64,000 nt of DNA from a virus (Duplodnaviria; Caudoviricetes), in IMG/VR virus record IMGVR_UViG_3300014205_000014, positions 16,168-80,167 of that record. One strand, 5' to 3'. This document shows, in pieces, positions 1 through 9,910 of this stretch. Numbering within the stretch: the stretch's first letter is position 1; each line of letters begins with the position of its first letter. Made by a program: the position numbers and the translations under genes. The notes beneath the pieces are model-generated. The model was not told the origin of the DNA, ran no database searches, and worked only from the letters and a program-made list of their open reading frames with translations.

Positions 1-2
1 CC

Positions 3-1946
3 AAGGCCATTCAACTCATGAATCAGGGGATTACCTGTATCCCGCACATTGGCAAGTCCCCCGCAGTAAAGGGTTGGCCTCAGATACGCAATCTCACTCA
101 GGAACAAATTATGGAGTGGGAGAGCAAGGGATTATGGCGCAATATCGGGCTGCTGTGCGGTGAAGCATCGGGAAACATCGTAGTCATCGACTTTGACGGG
201 CTTGCGGGTTACGAAATGTTCAAGGAAAAGTTTCCCGAATTGGTTTATACCAAGACAGTTCTATCAGGGTCGGAATTAGGGATGCATGTCTACTTCAAGG
301 TTGATTTGCTTCCCGATAGTTTTCAGGTGATGAAAGCTGTTGTTGATGGTGGGGAACTCATCAACGTGGAAATACGCGCTAATGGTATGGCAGTATTGAT
401 ACCGCCAAGTATTCACCCGGATAGTCACAAACCATACGTTGTAAAGATCGACTTACCCATGCTTCAAGTGCCTGATTTGGCTAAAGTGGTGGCGTGGGCA
501 AAGAGTCTAAAACCTGAATTAGAAAAAGACTGGCAGCAACCTAAGACACCCACCACTTACAGCGGTAATCTAAACCCTAAGTTGCTAGAAGTGGTCGAGC
601 GCCATTTCCTAGCCGTTCCGCACAAGATGAATGACGGGTGGATTAACTGCTCGTGTCCTGACGCAACTAAGCACAAAAACGGCGATGTGCATTTCAGTTT
701 TGGCTACAATCCCGCCATAGGATACGGAAACTGTTTTGGATGCGGTGATATGCTCCTTAAAGACATACTACCCTTAATTAGCATTGACTCGCGGGACTAT
801 GGTGGTATCTACGAACACAAGGAGCAAGAACCACAAACGCAACTAGACCGGATGCCCACTGAACCCAAGATGGAAATTGCACAGCCGCGCATTCCACCAG
901 CGTCTACCCCTGTCCCCACCGGCAAGGTCATCAAGGTTGTAAAGCGGTCAACGCAGCTTTCTCATTACTTCCAACGCATTAGCGACCCTGATATGAAGGT
1001 GGAAAACCCGCCTATCATCTTCCCTATCACAGCCCTGCACCGATTAGGCGGCATGGCGCAGATCATCAAGCCCGGTAAGCTGGCAGGTATCATCGGTTTA
1101 TCGGGGGGCGGGAAAACGTCCCTGCTGGAAACGATGGTAGATGGGTTTTTAGATGACCATGCTTCCTGCTTGATCTGGTCGCCGGAATGGTCAGGGGATG
1201 AGTTTGTGGAACGTGCGGTGCAGCGCTATGGTGGGCCAACCGCTTCTGAAGTGTACATGCATGAAAAGTTCATCAGTGACCAACAGCGTGGAATAAGCCC
1301 AAGCCTTGGCAAAGAACTATCATCTGAACAGATTAAGGCTGCTTCTGCTGCGTTACGAATGTTGCGAAGTTGGGAGTCGGAAGTTGGGTATCTTGACGAT
1401 CAGTTTCTTACCATTGGCGGGTTGAAAGAGTCGTTTGCGGCAACCCTTGCCTCACTGGACTTCAAACCGCAGGTATTGGTTATTGACTACTTGCAACTCT
1501 TTCACGCGCTGGAACCCAATCACTTTGTTACGCTGTATAGCATGATTATGCAGATCAAAGCATTGTGCGGTCAGTATCATATGGTTGGTGTATTGGCCTC
1601 ACAGGTAACAAAAGCGGATACCAAAGCCAAGATTAATAAGAACGAGTTACTAGATGCGTCCAGCGCTCGATATGTCAACGACGATGCATTTAACCTGTTT
1701 ATTACCATCAACCCGGACATCGACAAGATCACGGGAGAGAATATGCCACACGGCGTACTCAATGTTGCAAAGAACAGTATGGGTAAAAAGGGTAAAATCC
1801 GAGTGGGTATTGATTGGCCTCATCTGTCTTTTGATAAAGAAGCACATATGTATCAGGGCAAACTTGAGACTGCCATTGATCCAGACGAAGAGAAGGATCA
1901 GTACGATGATGAGGAAGAGAAACCCAAGCGTAGAAGAAAATCTTGA
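3..1946 (+). CDS. Bifunctional primase-polymerase (Prim-Pol) fused to Zn-binding linker and DnaB/RecA-fold helicase; probably 5'-truncated by window edge
   Basis: N-term IPHIGKSP..GW, NIGLLCG, IVVIDFD, GMHVYF; CSC..H/CFGC; Walker A GLSGGGKTS, Walker B VLVIDYLQL, LASQV; frame open upstream of ATG18. Confidence 0.85.
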   Translation, partial: KAIQLMNQGITCIPHIGKSPAVKGWPQIRNLTQEQIMEWESKGLWRNIGLLCGEASGNIVVIDFDGLAGYEMFKEKFPELVYTKTVLSGSELGMHVYFKVDLLPDSFQVMKAVVDGGELINVEIRANGMAVLIPPSIHPDSHKPYVVKIDLPMLQVPDLAKVVAWAKSLKPELEKDWQQPKTPTTYSGNLNPKLLEVVERHFLAVPHKMNDGWINCSCPDATKHKNGDVHFSFGYNPAIGYGNCFGCGDMLLKDILPLISIDSRDYGGIYEHKEQEPQTQLDRMPTEPKMEIAQPRIPPASTPVPTGKVIKVVKRSTQLSHYFQRISDPDMKVENPPIIFPITALHRLGGMAQIIKPGKLAGIIGLSGGGKTSLLETMVDGFLDDHASCLIWSPEWSGDEFVERAVQRYGGPTASEVYMHEKFISDQQRGISPSLGKELSSEQIKAASAALRMLRSWESEVGYLDDQFLTIGGLKESFAATLASLDFKPQVLVIDYLQLFHALEPNHFVTLYSMIMQIKALCGQYHMVGVLASQVTKADTKAKINKNELLDASSARYVNDDAFNLFITINPDIDKITGENMPHGVLNVAKNSMGKKGKIRVGIDWPHLSFDKEAHMYQGKLETAIDPDEEKDQYDDEEEKPKRRRKS

Positions 1947-2014
1947 AGTTGGGAATAAGTAGCAATCCCCAACTATCGCATTTCGCACGATTGTATTATA
2001 ATGAGTTCTAAGAG

Positions 2015-2030
2015 ACAGAGTTGAATATGT
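2015..2030. promoter_or_regulatory. 16-bp operator
   Basis: ACAGA GTTGAA TATGT, after TATAAT 1997. Confidence 0.75.
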
Positions 2031-2064
2031 GTTTGAGAATAGGTCTTATCGGAAAGGATGAAAC

Positions 2065-2487
2065 ATGATATGCCCAAAGTGCAATATTGAAATGAGACAA
2101 ACTTACGAGCCATACGAGCATCGCTGCTCAAAATGCGGCTATTGGTTTGATGACTGGACGGGTAAGGAGATCAATCCCAGTGAAGCTGCTGAGAAATACG
2201 GCAAACATCTTCAGAATCAAGAACTCACCAAAAAGGTAAACGACATCCGGCGCATTATCGAAATGAATGAGATTGTCCACATTGACACAACCACAGACGA
2301 TAAATGGGTTTGGTTTAGTTTTTTCAATGATGAAAACAACCATGAGCCATACCAAATTAAGAAAATTGCACGCGATACCGTATGGAACATGGATTGGAGT
2401 CTTGCCGCGCTACTCATTATGAACGCGCCGGGTGAGCCAATTGCGAAGCCTATTGAGATAGTTAATCCATTACCTTTTGACGAATAG
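2065..2487 (+). CDS. Hypothetical protein with N-terminal Zn ribbon
   Basis: CPKC...CSKC; GGAAAGGA RBS. Confidence 0.6.
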   Translation: MICPKCNIEMRQTYEPYEHRCSKCGYWFDDWTGKEINPSEAAEKYGKHLQNQELTKKVNDIRRIIEMNEIVHIDTTTDDKWVWFSFFNDENNHEPYQIKKIARDTVWNMDWSLAALLIMNAPGEPIAKPIEIVNPLPFDE

Positions 2488-2534
2488 GTTCGCACCGCAG
2501 AATAAAGATTGTCAGTAGCAAGAGGGAGGAACAA

Positions 2535-2813
2535 ATGCCAGATTACAACTCCATTTTCCAATCACTTCTGATACTTCAAGAGGAAACCTACCCCAACGCC
2601 TATGATGAGGTTGACGTGCAACTCTTGAAGCAACTGAACACAGCGTTTTGGGTGATTACGCGAGATCGGGACACACGGCTCAAGTTGATGGGCGAAGTCG
2701 TTGGGCGCACGTTGAAATCGACGTATGACCTGACAGTGGGCGAAGCCCATGCCCTGCTCAAACTGTGCGATCAACCCACATTTATTGCAGCAATGAAAGG
2801 AGAGACACAATGA
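2535..2813 (+). CDS. Hypothetical protein
   Basis: GAGGGAGG RBS, operon context. Confidence 0.6.
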   Translation: MPDYNSIFQSLLILQEETYPNAYDEVDVQLLKQLNTAFWVITRDRDTRLKLMGEVVGRTLKSTYDLTVGEAHALLKLCDQPTFIAAMKGETQ

Positions 2814-3157
2814 AATTTACCAATAACCCTTTCGAGGAATTTATCGACCAACTGGACATCGACGGAACGTCTACGCTCGACTGCCCTACCATCCATCCAG
2901 CGGTGGAGAAGGTGCTATGGGAGTTGGAAGATGCGAAGGACTTTGAAACTTTATGGCATCAGCGGCTAACAGACTTGCAACGGGTCGAGCGCCACTGTCT
3001 TGCTACTGAACTGAAAGCCAGTCTCATGGACTACCTACCCGTGCAGGTGTACAAAGTCGCTGAGCCGGAACTGCAACAACTGCTGCTGTATGTCATCAGC
3101 GCGGCGTGGTTGGTACACAGTGAAATCGAAAAACAGTTTGGAGGGACTCGTGAATAA
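2810..3157 (+). CDS. Hypothetical protein
   Basis: ATGA overlap with upstream gene, AAGGAG RBS. Confidence 0.55.
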   Translation: MKFTNNPFEEFIDQLDIDGTSTLDCPTIHPAVEKVLWELEDAKDFETLWHQRLTDLQRVERHCLATELKASLMDYLPVQVYKVAEPELQQLLLYVISAAWLVHSEIEKQFGGTRE

Positions 3158-3968
3158 GCAACTTAAACTCAATAAAGATGGTTCAGTTAAGGGACGTGGC
3201 ATAGAATGGGCTGATTTTACGTGGAATCCTATAGCCGGTTGTTTTCACGCCTGCCAATGGCAAATGCCCGATGGCACGATTGCCAACTGCTACGCCGAAG
3301 ATGTTGCGGATCGTGTTGCCGGTGGTGCATACCCACACGGGTTTGAACATAACTATTGGAAACCCGCCCTGCTGAAAGAACCGATCAATCAAAAGAAACC
3401 CTCACGTATATTCGTGGGAAGCATGGCGGACGTGTTCGGACATTGGGTTGAGAAAGATCATATTCTGCAAGTGCTGAATGTTTGTGAACGTGCTCCACAG
3501 CATACATTCCAATTCCTGACTAAAAATATCAAGCGGGTATGGGAATTTGTAGGGGTTATTCCCTCGAACTGTTGGATTGGAGCCAGCACACCACCGAACT
3601 TCATGTGGAACAAGCCGCTTTCAGAGGGGCAGCGCGAACGGTGGCTCGACACAACATTAAGCACACTAAATGCTTTGCATGAAACGGGTATTACTACTTG
3701 GTTATCCGCCGAACCCATCACAATTGATGTTGGGTTTTATATTACAACTGAGTTCGATAAGAAACCAATTGACTGGATGGTGATCGGCGCTGCAAGTAAT
3801 GGAAATAAACTCTACGCACCGGATGAGAAGTTTGTTAAACGTGCGGTAAAAGCCAATGATGATTTTGGAATTGCAACTTTCTTCAAGGGCAATCTCAAAA
3901 CATCACCTTTTGCAGCAGCCAATTGGCGTGAAGAGTATCCTAAGGTGAAAGTAGCCGTTCATGAGTAA
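3150..3968 (+). CDS. DUF5131 (phage Gp37/Gp68) radical-SAM-like protein
   Basis: IEWADFTWNPIAGC...C...NCYAE, IFVGSMADVF, HTFQFLTK, SAEP, DWMVIGAAS. Confidence 0.85.
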   Translation: MNKQLKLNKDGSVKGRGIEWADFTWNPIAGCFHACQWQMPDGTIANCYAEDVADRVAGGAYPHGFEHNYWKPALLKEPINQKKPSRIFVGSMADVFGHWVEKDHILQVLNVCERAPQHTFQFLTKNIKRVWEFVGVIPSNCWIGASTPPNFMWNKPLSEGQRERWLDTTLSTLNALHETGITTWLSAEPITIDVGFYITTEFDKKPIDWMVIGAASNGNKLYAPDEKFVKRAVKANDDFGIATFFKGNLKTSPFAAANWREEYPKVKVAVHE

Positions 3969-4332
3969 TCAAGAAAGCATCGAAACCCGCGACTACCGCA
4001 ACACCCAACGGGCAAGCGCCTTTGTCCGTAAGGACAATCGCTGTGATCTATGCGGTGGTCGGGCAAATAGTCTCCATGAAATTTTATTCCGGTCTAGTAC
4101 CCTGAACAATGAGGAAGCGCGGAGGTTATCCTTTCAAGAACCGCTGTTGGCTATCCTATGCCCTACCTGCCACGATAAGGCACACAATCCTGAAACGAGC
4201 GCACGACTGCTGATGCAAAACGCAAAGATATACGGACATCAGGCAGTCAACGAAGCGCTACAGGCGGTGCGGACCGTGTTGAAAGGTAGATTAGGTGTAG
4301 CATTAGTTGAGGAGGAAGAAACCGATGGCTAA
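3961..4332 (+). CDS. HNH/His-Me finger Zn-binding nuclease-like protein
   Basis: CDLC...HEILFRS...LCPTCHDKAH. Confidence 0.6.
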   Translation: MSNQESIETRDYRNTQRASAFVRKDNRCDLCGGRANSLHEILFRSSTLNNEEARRLSFQEPLLAILCPTCHDKAHNPETSARLLMQNAKIYGHQAVNEALQAVRTVLKGRLGVALVEEEETDG

Positions 4333-5362
4333 AGATAACGGCGCGGTGAAGGAAAAGAAGCAGCCGACGATTGCCGATATTCTTGAAAAGTACAACCTCA
4401 AAAACGTTCAAGAGTATGAGGAAGTTAAACGCTTACCCACCGGCTCATTGGAACTGGATAAATCCATCGGCGGCGGTTGGGGCGTGGGATGCATCAATGA
4501 GGTATGGGGTGCTCCTAGTTTTGGCAAGAGTTTACTCACCATGATTACCATCGGACGCACCTTGTTCGCGGGTAAAAAAGCCGTTCTGTTCGATCTTGAA
4601 AAATCCTTTGATGAGAAGTGGGCTAGACACTTCATGGATGTCAACAGCGAGAACTTTATCCTCGTGCAGCAGCATAATGATACCTACGGTGAAGGCATTC
4701 TGAACTCCATTCTCGCACTTGCCGATATGGGCGTGGCATTTATCGCACTGGACTCCAAAGATGCGATTGTATTTGAAGCCGAATTAGAAGGCGGCGTTGG
4801 CCCAACCAACATGGGTAAGCGGTCATTTCTATTGGGAAACTTCGTTCGCCGCCTCTCACAGATTGTAGGCGACAGCGAAACGGCATTCTTGTTTACATCT
4901 CAGGTTCGCGCTAATTTTGGCAACACCTATCAACCGCTGACAACATCCGGTGGTCATGCGCTCGATCACTTTTGCTCCATTCAGGTATCCCTCAACCAAC
5001 CCGCCGCGCTCAAGGTATCGGTAGACAAGAAAGAGGTTGTTGTGGGAACGTCCATCAATACCCACAGCGGCAAAAATAAGACGTTTAAGGCTAAGCAGAA
5101 CGCGAGTGTGGCTGTGCGTAAGTTCGACACCGAGGGCGGTGAAATTTGGGCGGTTGATACTGCATCAGAGGTATTTAAAATCGGTACGGAGTTGGGTATG
5201 TTCACCCTTGCTGATGGCAAACCTTACGATGGTGCAGGCAATGCCCATTACGGCGGCGAATTGTTAGGTAGCAAAAACGTGGCTATCTCGCGGCTCCGTG
5301 CAGAACCGACTATGTGTTTCCAGATTGAACAGGCTATTCGTAGCAAATTGGGTTGGGCGTAG
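4325..5362 (+). CDS. recA: RecA-family recombinase
   Basis: PTGSLELDKSIGGG, Walker A GAPSFGKS, FDLEKSFD, IALDS, SQVRANFG, TTSGGHALDHF. Confidence 0.9.
   Translation: MAKDNGAVKEKKQPTIADILEKYNLKNVQEYEEVKRLPTGSLELDKSIGGGWGVGCINEVWGAPSFGKSLLTMITIGRTLFAGKKAVLFDLEKSFDEKWARHFMDVNSENFILVQQHNDTYGEGILNSILALADMGVAFIALDSKDAIVFEAELEGGVGPTNMGKRSFLLGNFVRRLSQIVGDSETAFLFTSQVRANFGNTYQPLTTSGGHALDHFCSIQVSLNQPAALKVSVDKKEVVVGTSINTHSGKNKTFKAKQNASVAVRKFDTEGGEIWAVDTASEVFKIGTELGMFTLADGKPYDGAGNAHYGGELLGSKNVAISRLRAEPTMCFQIEQAIRSKLGWA
5300..5315. promoter_or_regulatory. 16-bp operator (3' end of recA)
   Basis: GCAGA ACCGAC TATGT. Confidence 0.7.
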
Positions 5363-5440
5363 GTTGACCATTCGAGATTCATAGGAGAAATAATCATAGA
5401 CATATACGAAACAGATAGCACAGTTATCTTAAACGAAGCA

Positions 5441-6442
5441 GTGGAGCAATACAAAGTCAAAGCACTTTGGGCGCTTTACTCAGGTGGGCATGATAGCCTT
5501 GTGTCTACTCACATTGCATCAAAACACCCCCTCTTTAGGGGGGTGATACATGTCAATACCAAAACATCACCACTTGCTCAAAAAGTTACTGAATACGCTC
5601 GTGCTACGGCTAAGGCTAACGGATGGGAATTTATCGAAGTCTCTCCCTTTACCACCTACGCACAACTGATTACAAAGAACGGTTTCCCATCCCCTGATGT
5701 CCACAACTACATATATCAATACCTCAAGGGGCGACCAATAAAGCAGGCTGTTCAACGCGCTAAAGCCAAATTAATCCACGAGCTAACCGATGGTAAATCA
5801 GGCGAAATTAAGTTTGATGTTAGTGGCGAAAGCGCGGGTAATCTGACTTTTATCAAGCCGACAATGCCACGCAAAGAATTGAATGCAATAAAGCGTACTG
5901 CTGTTATTGGATTAGTAAGCGGAATGCGCCATGCGGAAAGCAAGCGACGATCTAAGTTACCCGCATCTGGTAAACAGGACGGCAATATTTGGATTAATCC
6001 AATTATTGAATGGTCTAAAGAGCGTTGTAGTGAATATATAAACACAAACAAACTTTCACGTAACCGTGTTTCTGATGTGACAGGTGTAAGTCAAGAGTGT
6101 GATTGTAAGTGCCATGCTGCACCGGATGAATTATCTATTCAACGCCGAATCATGCCGAATATGAATGATTACGCTAACAAATTGCAAGAACTCGTCCGCG
6201 TGTCGCGTGAATTGCAATTGATGGAAGTTCAATTTGGGATGCGAAAACCCGATGATGTTATTGATGAACATGATACGGTATGGGGTCATGGGCGCAAAAG
6301 TTCAAAGGTTGTAGTTGCTGAATCAATGCCCCTTTTTAGTATCTGTTCTGTTTGCGAGGGGCAACTTGATATGCAGGGCAATGTTGGAGTTGATCCAGAT
6401 TTAATGATGCTGGCAGTACAAATGGTCAAGAAGACAGCTTAA
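5441..6442 (+). CDS. PAPS reductase/PP-loop family protein (true start may be ATA 5396)
   Basis: LYSGGHDS PP-loop, GMRHAES, INPIIEWS, ECDCKC. Confidence 0.8.
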   Translation: MEQYKVKALWALYSGGHDSLVSTHIASKHPLFRGVIHVNTKTSPLAQKVTEYARATAKANGWEFIEVSPFTTYAQLITKNGFPSPDVHNYIYQYLKGRPIKQAVQRAKAKLIHELTDGKSGEIKFDVSGESAGNLTFIKPTMPRKELNAIKRTAVIGLVSGMRHAESKRRSKLPASGKQDGNIWINPIIEWSKERCSEYINTNKLSRNRVSDVTGVSQECDCKCHAAPDELSIQRRIMPNMNDYANKLQELVRVSRELQLMEVQFGMRKPDDVIDEHDTVWGHGRKSSKVVVAESMPLFSICSVCEGQLDMQGNVGVDPDLMMLAVQMVKKTA

Positions 6443-6485
6443 TGCATCTAAGAATTGAGATCAGAAATCATAAAGGAGATTTAAA

Positions 6486-6989
6486 TTGACTAACCCTATC
6501 CGTAACTTTCTATTGACCCTGATCCTACTACTCATCGTCAGCACAACCGCCGCGCAGGATACGACTACCTTTACCCTCACCTGCTATACCGTTGATAAAG
6601 ATTTCAACATGACGATTACGGTAGGCTATACCTCTGTGGGCGGCGACCACTTCTACGGCAGCGGGTTTGACTTTGTGACAGAAGCCGGGAATTACCCCGA
6701 TGCGCTGATGGTGACACCGCTTTCCTATGACCCGTTCCCAACACTTGGTTTTGCATCCATCGGTGACAAAGATGAACCGAGTGTCACTGACCCTGTAATC
6801 CATATCAAATTATATGGTGCACCCCTGCCCGAATGTGGCGTGGAGGTCACACCTGAACCATTGCCGCCGTTTCTCATCGAAATCACAACGTCCTGCCCCT
6901 TCAGCGCGATTGATGCGGCAAGTGGTTTACCCTATTGCTACGTGCCACTGCCAAGTGGATGTGTACCACTGCCGGAGGCGTATAAGTGA
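6486..6989 (+). CDS. Secreted/surface protein with signal peptide
   Basis: TTG start 7 nt after AAGGAG; hydrophobic N-term ending TTAA; Pro/Cys-rich tail. Confidence 0.6.
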   Translation: MTNPIRNFLLTLILLLIVSTTAAQDTTTFTLTCYTVDKDFNMTITVGYTSVGGDHFYGSGFDFVTEAGNYPDALMVTPLSYDPFPTLGFASIGDKDEPSVTDPVIHIKLYGAPLPECGVEVTPEPLPPFLIEITTSCPFSAIDAASGLPYCYVPLPSGCVPLPEAYK

Positions 6990-8254
6990 ACGCTTACGGT
7001 TCTATGGATTGGCCTAGCGCCCCCCTTCTCGACACCATATACAACTGTGATGCACTCGAGCTCCTACAAGCTATGCCCGATGAGAGTGTGAATTGCATTG
7101 TGACTTCGCCTCCGTATTGGGGACTCAGAAATTACGGGGTAGAGGGTCAAATGGGTTTAGAACCAACCCTGAAAGAATTCATCTCCAATCTTGTTACACT
7201 GTTCCGTGAAGCGCGGCGCGTTCTGCGGTCAGATGGCGTACTTTGGCTTAATATGGGCGATTGCTATGCAACATCTGCTAATGGTCGTAGTGCGATGGAA
7301 ACAAAAACAATTGGTGAAGATGATCGAACGTTTCGTGATAAACCCTTTAGTACGGTTGGTAATGGTCTGAAAAATAAAGATTTGGTGGGGCAACCTTGGA
7401 GGTTAGCTTTTGCGCTGCAAGATGATGGTTGGTATCTGCGTTCTGATTGTATTTGGAGCAAGCCTAACCCCATGCCTGAATCAATCAAAGATCGTCCTAC
7501 CAAAGCGCACGAGTATGTGTTTTTACTTACGAAATCAGAACACTATTGGATTGATTTTGAAAACATGAAAACCCCTGTCAAAGAACACAGCATCAAACGT
7601 TTAGGGCGAGCTGTAAGTGAAACTCACAAAAATGCACACGGCGCACCGGGGCAAACACCCCACAGTATGCTAAAGGCTCGTCCCAATAAGCAGGATAAGG
7701 TTGGAAAGAGACAATACACAGGGTTTAACGAGCGCTATGATAATACACCTGTGCCAATGGCTCACCCGCGTACTGTGTGGACTGTGCCAACCGTTGGGTT
7801 TGAAGAAGGGCATTTTGCAACATTCCCCGTTGACCTCATTCACCCACTGATTGAGGCAGGTTGCCCAAGTAAAGTTTGCTCCGAGTGCAAATTGCCTTGG
7901 GAACGTTGGATTGAAGAAGTTGAAGAGTTTGATCCTGAGTCGGGGTATACCATAACTAAGAAGGTTGATCGAGGGCTTTATCCCGTTTGTGAGTGTAATG
8001 CAAGTATAGAAGCGGGAATAGTTCATGATCCATTTATGGGATCCGGTACCGTAGCAGCAGTTGCTATGGAACTTGGATTGCGATACAGCGGATCCGAACT
8101 TAACCCCGATTACATCAACATCTCTAAGCGCCGACTAAAAAAACCGTTTGAAAAAGTGCCACCGAAACCCGACAAACCGCTGTACACACCTCCGATAACG
8201 CTTGTCACATCTGAAGGAGAAATCACTTTACAACAGATGGAGATATTCGCATGA
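6986..8254 (+). CDS. N4-C/N6-A DNA methyltransferase (beta class) with Zn-binding insert
   Basis: DALELL, VTSPPY catalytic motif, HFATFP, CSEC..CEC insert, DPFMGSGT SAM motif. Confidence 0.9.
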   Translation: MNAYGSMDWPSAPLLDTIYNCDALELLQAMPDESVNCIVTSPPYWGLRNYGVEGQMGLEPTLKEFISNLVTLFREARRVLRSDGVLWLNMGDCYATSANGRSAMETKTIGEDDRTFRDKPFSTVGNGLKNKDLVGQPWRLAFALQDDGWYLRSDCIWSKPNPMPESIKDRPTKAHEYVFLLTKSEHYWIDFENMKTPVKEHSIKRLGRAVSETHKNAHGAPGQTPHSMLKARPNKQDKVGKRQYTGFNERYDNTPVPMAHPRTVWTVPTVGFEEGHFATFPVDLIHPLIEAGCPSKVCSECKLPWERWIEEVEEFDPESGYTITKKVDRGLYPVCECNASIEAGIVHDPFMGSGTVAAVAMELGLRYSGSELNPDYINISKRRLKKPFEKVPPKPDKPLYTPPITLVTSEGEITLQQMEIFA

Positions 8255-9054
8255 TTGACTTCATACACACCGGCACGTATTACAACCGCGCGTTCTGGAC
8301 TCCGGCTATCCTCCACAATCGAGAAGTGATAAATGAATCCCGGATATACAGTCAGAACCCACTTATTGCCGCCGATTCGATGTTGACCCTCAATCACTTT
8401 GCCAAAGGTGCGCTGTCTGCCGCCAAGGATGATATTTACTTCCTCAAAGCCAAGATGACGAAGCACCTGTACACCCATTACCCCTGTGATGTGAAACTCT
8501 TGAAGCAAACGCTCAAATGCCGCAGTTGTGATGGTACAGGCACGTATACCCGAACTGATTATTACCACGATATTCAGTGGGAGGATAGTTGTTGGCATTG
8601 CGGCGGTACAGGCGTTTATCGTGAAGTAGAGATTATCGCTTTCACCTTTCACATCGGTTCTGAAACCATCTCATGGCATCAACCGCGCGGGTTGGTGGAC
8701 TTCGACGTGTTTATCCCTGCTACAGTTGGGATTTACGAGGGTGAAAAACCTGCACGGTTCATTCGTGACGAAAACACTGAAAACTTCCTGCTGGATTATC
8801 TCACTGTATGGGAGTTTTTAAGGCAGCAAGGGGTGCTACAAAGCCGCATAGGGTTGTTCCGCGCTATCCGTACCGATTTAAGCCGAATCAAGGCTATAAC
8901 GCCTGTTTTGCTGCGGCAGTGGGCTAATTCCTTTGCCGATTGGCTCATCGGTGACAAATTGTACGAGCGCGGGGAATTGTATTGGTTCAATGATGACTAC
9001 GATGATGAACTGCCCGATGATGATTTTGAATATGACGAAGCAATACCCTTTTAA
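8251..9054 (+). CDS. Hypothetical protein with DnaJ-type Zn finger repeats
   Basis: CRSCDGTG and CWHCGGTG; acidic tail ending IPF. Confidence 0.6.
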   Translation: MIDFIHTGTYYNRAFWTPAILHNREVINESRIYSQNPLIAADSMLTLNHFAKGALSAAKDDIYFLKAKMTKHLYTHYPCDVKLLKQTLKCRSCDGTGTYTRTDYYHDIQWEDSCWHCGGTGVYREVEIIAFTFHIGSETISWHQPRGLVDFDVFIPATVGIYEGEKPARFIRDENTENFLLDYLTVWEFLRQQGVLQSRIGLFRAIRTDLSRIKAITPVLLRQWANSFADWLIGDKLYERGELYWFNDDYDDELPDDDFEYDEAIPF

Positions 9055-9063
9055 GGAGTAGCA

Positions 9064-9333
9064 ATGGATAACCAGACTTTACAGACCGCCCTCCTCGACT
9101 ATTTCATTATCGGTAAGCCGGTGATGAAAGCTGCCGAGAGGTTGCGTGATCTTAAACCGCCTAACATTGATGACAAGGCGTTTCGGCGTGAAATCATTAA
9201 AATGAAGAATTCTCTCGCCGGGTTACAACTCATTCATGTTGTCAGTGGTATGGGAACAAATGGGACGTTGTATCATACAACCGATGTTGGACGTGCGTAT
9301 GCACAACTGCTGCAAGAAAGGAAAAAGGTGTGA
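9064..9333 (+). CDS. Hypothetical protein, possible winged helix
   Basis: AAGGAG RBS; LYHTTDVGRAY wing-like motif. Confidence 0.5.
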   Translation: MDNQTLQTALLDYFIIGKPVMKAAERLRDLKPPNIDDKAFRREIIKMKNSLAGLQLIHVVSGMGTNGTLYHTTDVGRAYAQLLQERKKV

Positions 9334-9875
9334 GGACACAGGATTTACAGGACGATTGGTTGCTGAACCACGAAAACACAATCTATCTGCCTACTGCCAT
9401 TGAGAACGATAGTTTACCTCTTATGGCAGCGAAACTTGCCTACGCGCGTGATCGTATGCCCACGAACCCCATTTTGCTCTACTGCCGCTGTGATGGCGGC
9501 AACGTTGAAGAGATGCTTGCTATTTGCAACCTTATTCAGCAGGACGGGAATGTGCATGGTCATCTCATCGGCACGTGTATGAGCGCCGGAACCACCATAT
9601 GGGCGGCTTGTGCTAAACGGTTTATCTACCCCAAAACAATGATTGGTATCCATCCCTGCCAATGGTTTGCATCCGATGTAAAGTATGACCGCCACAAGTT
9701 GAATAGCCTGTATGATGAGTTTCGCGCTGCCGATGTGCGTTCATGTGAAATTTACGCAACGGCAAGTAATCGAGGTTGCGATTGGTGGCTCGAACAGATG
9801 GATGCGCGTGGGGATATTAAATGGTTTAAACCAGATCAACTCATCGAACTTGGCATGGGCGTTATGATTGGTTAA
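9330..9875 (+). CDS. ClpP-like (S14) serine protease
   Basis: DGGNV, GTCMSAG (Ser), MIGIHP (His), WFKPDQLIELG. Confidence 0.75.
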   Translation: MRTQDLQDDWLLNHENTIYLPTAIENDSLPLMAAKLAYARDRMPTNPILLYCRCDGGNVEEMLAICNLIQQDGNVHGHLIGTCMSAGTTIWAACAKRFIYPKTMIGIHPCQWFASDVKYDRHKLNSLYDEFRAADVRSCEIYATASNRGCDWWLEQMDARGDIKWFKPDQLIELGMGVMIG

Positions 9876-9878
9876 AAC

Positions 9879-9894
9879 ACAGAGCCGAATATGT
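9879..9894. promoter_or_regulatory. 16-bp operator
   Basis: ACAGA GCCGAA TATGT. Confidence 0.75.
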
Positions 9895-9910
9895 GTTATC
9901 ATAGAGAAGG

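Noticed and set aside
5360-5362. Amber readthrough making a RecA-PAPS fusion
   Set aside because: A Shine-Dalgarno inside the gap explains independent initiation; no amber suppressor seen
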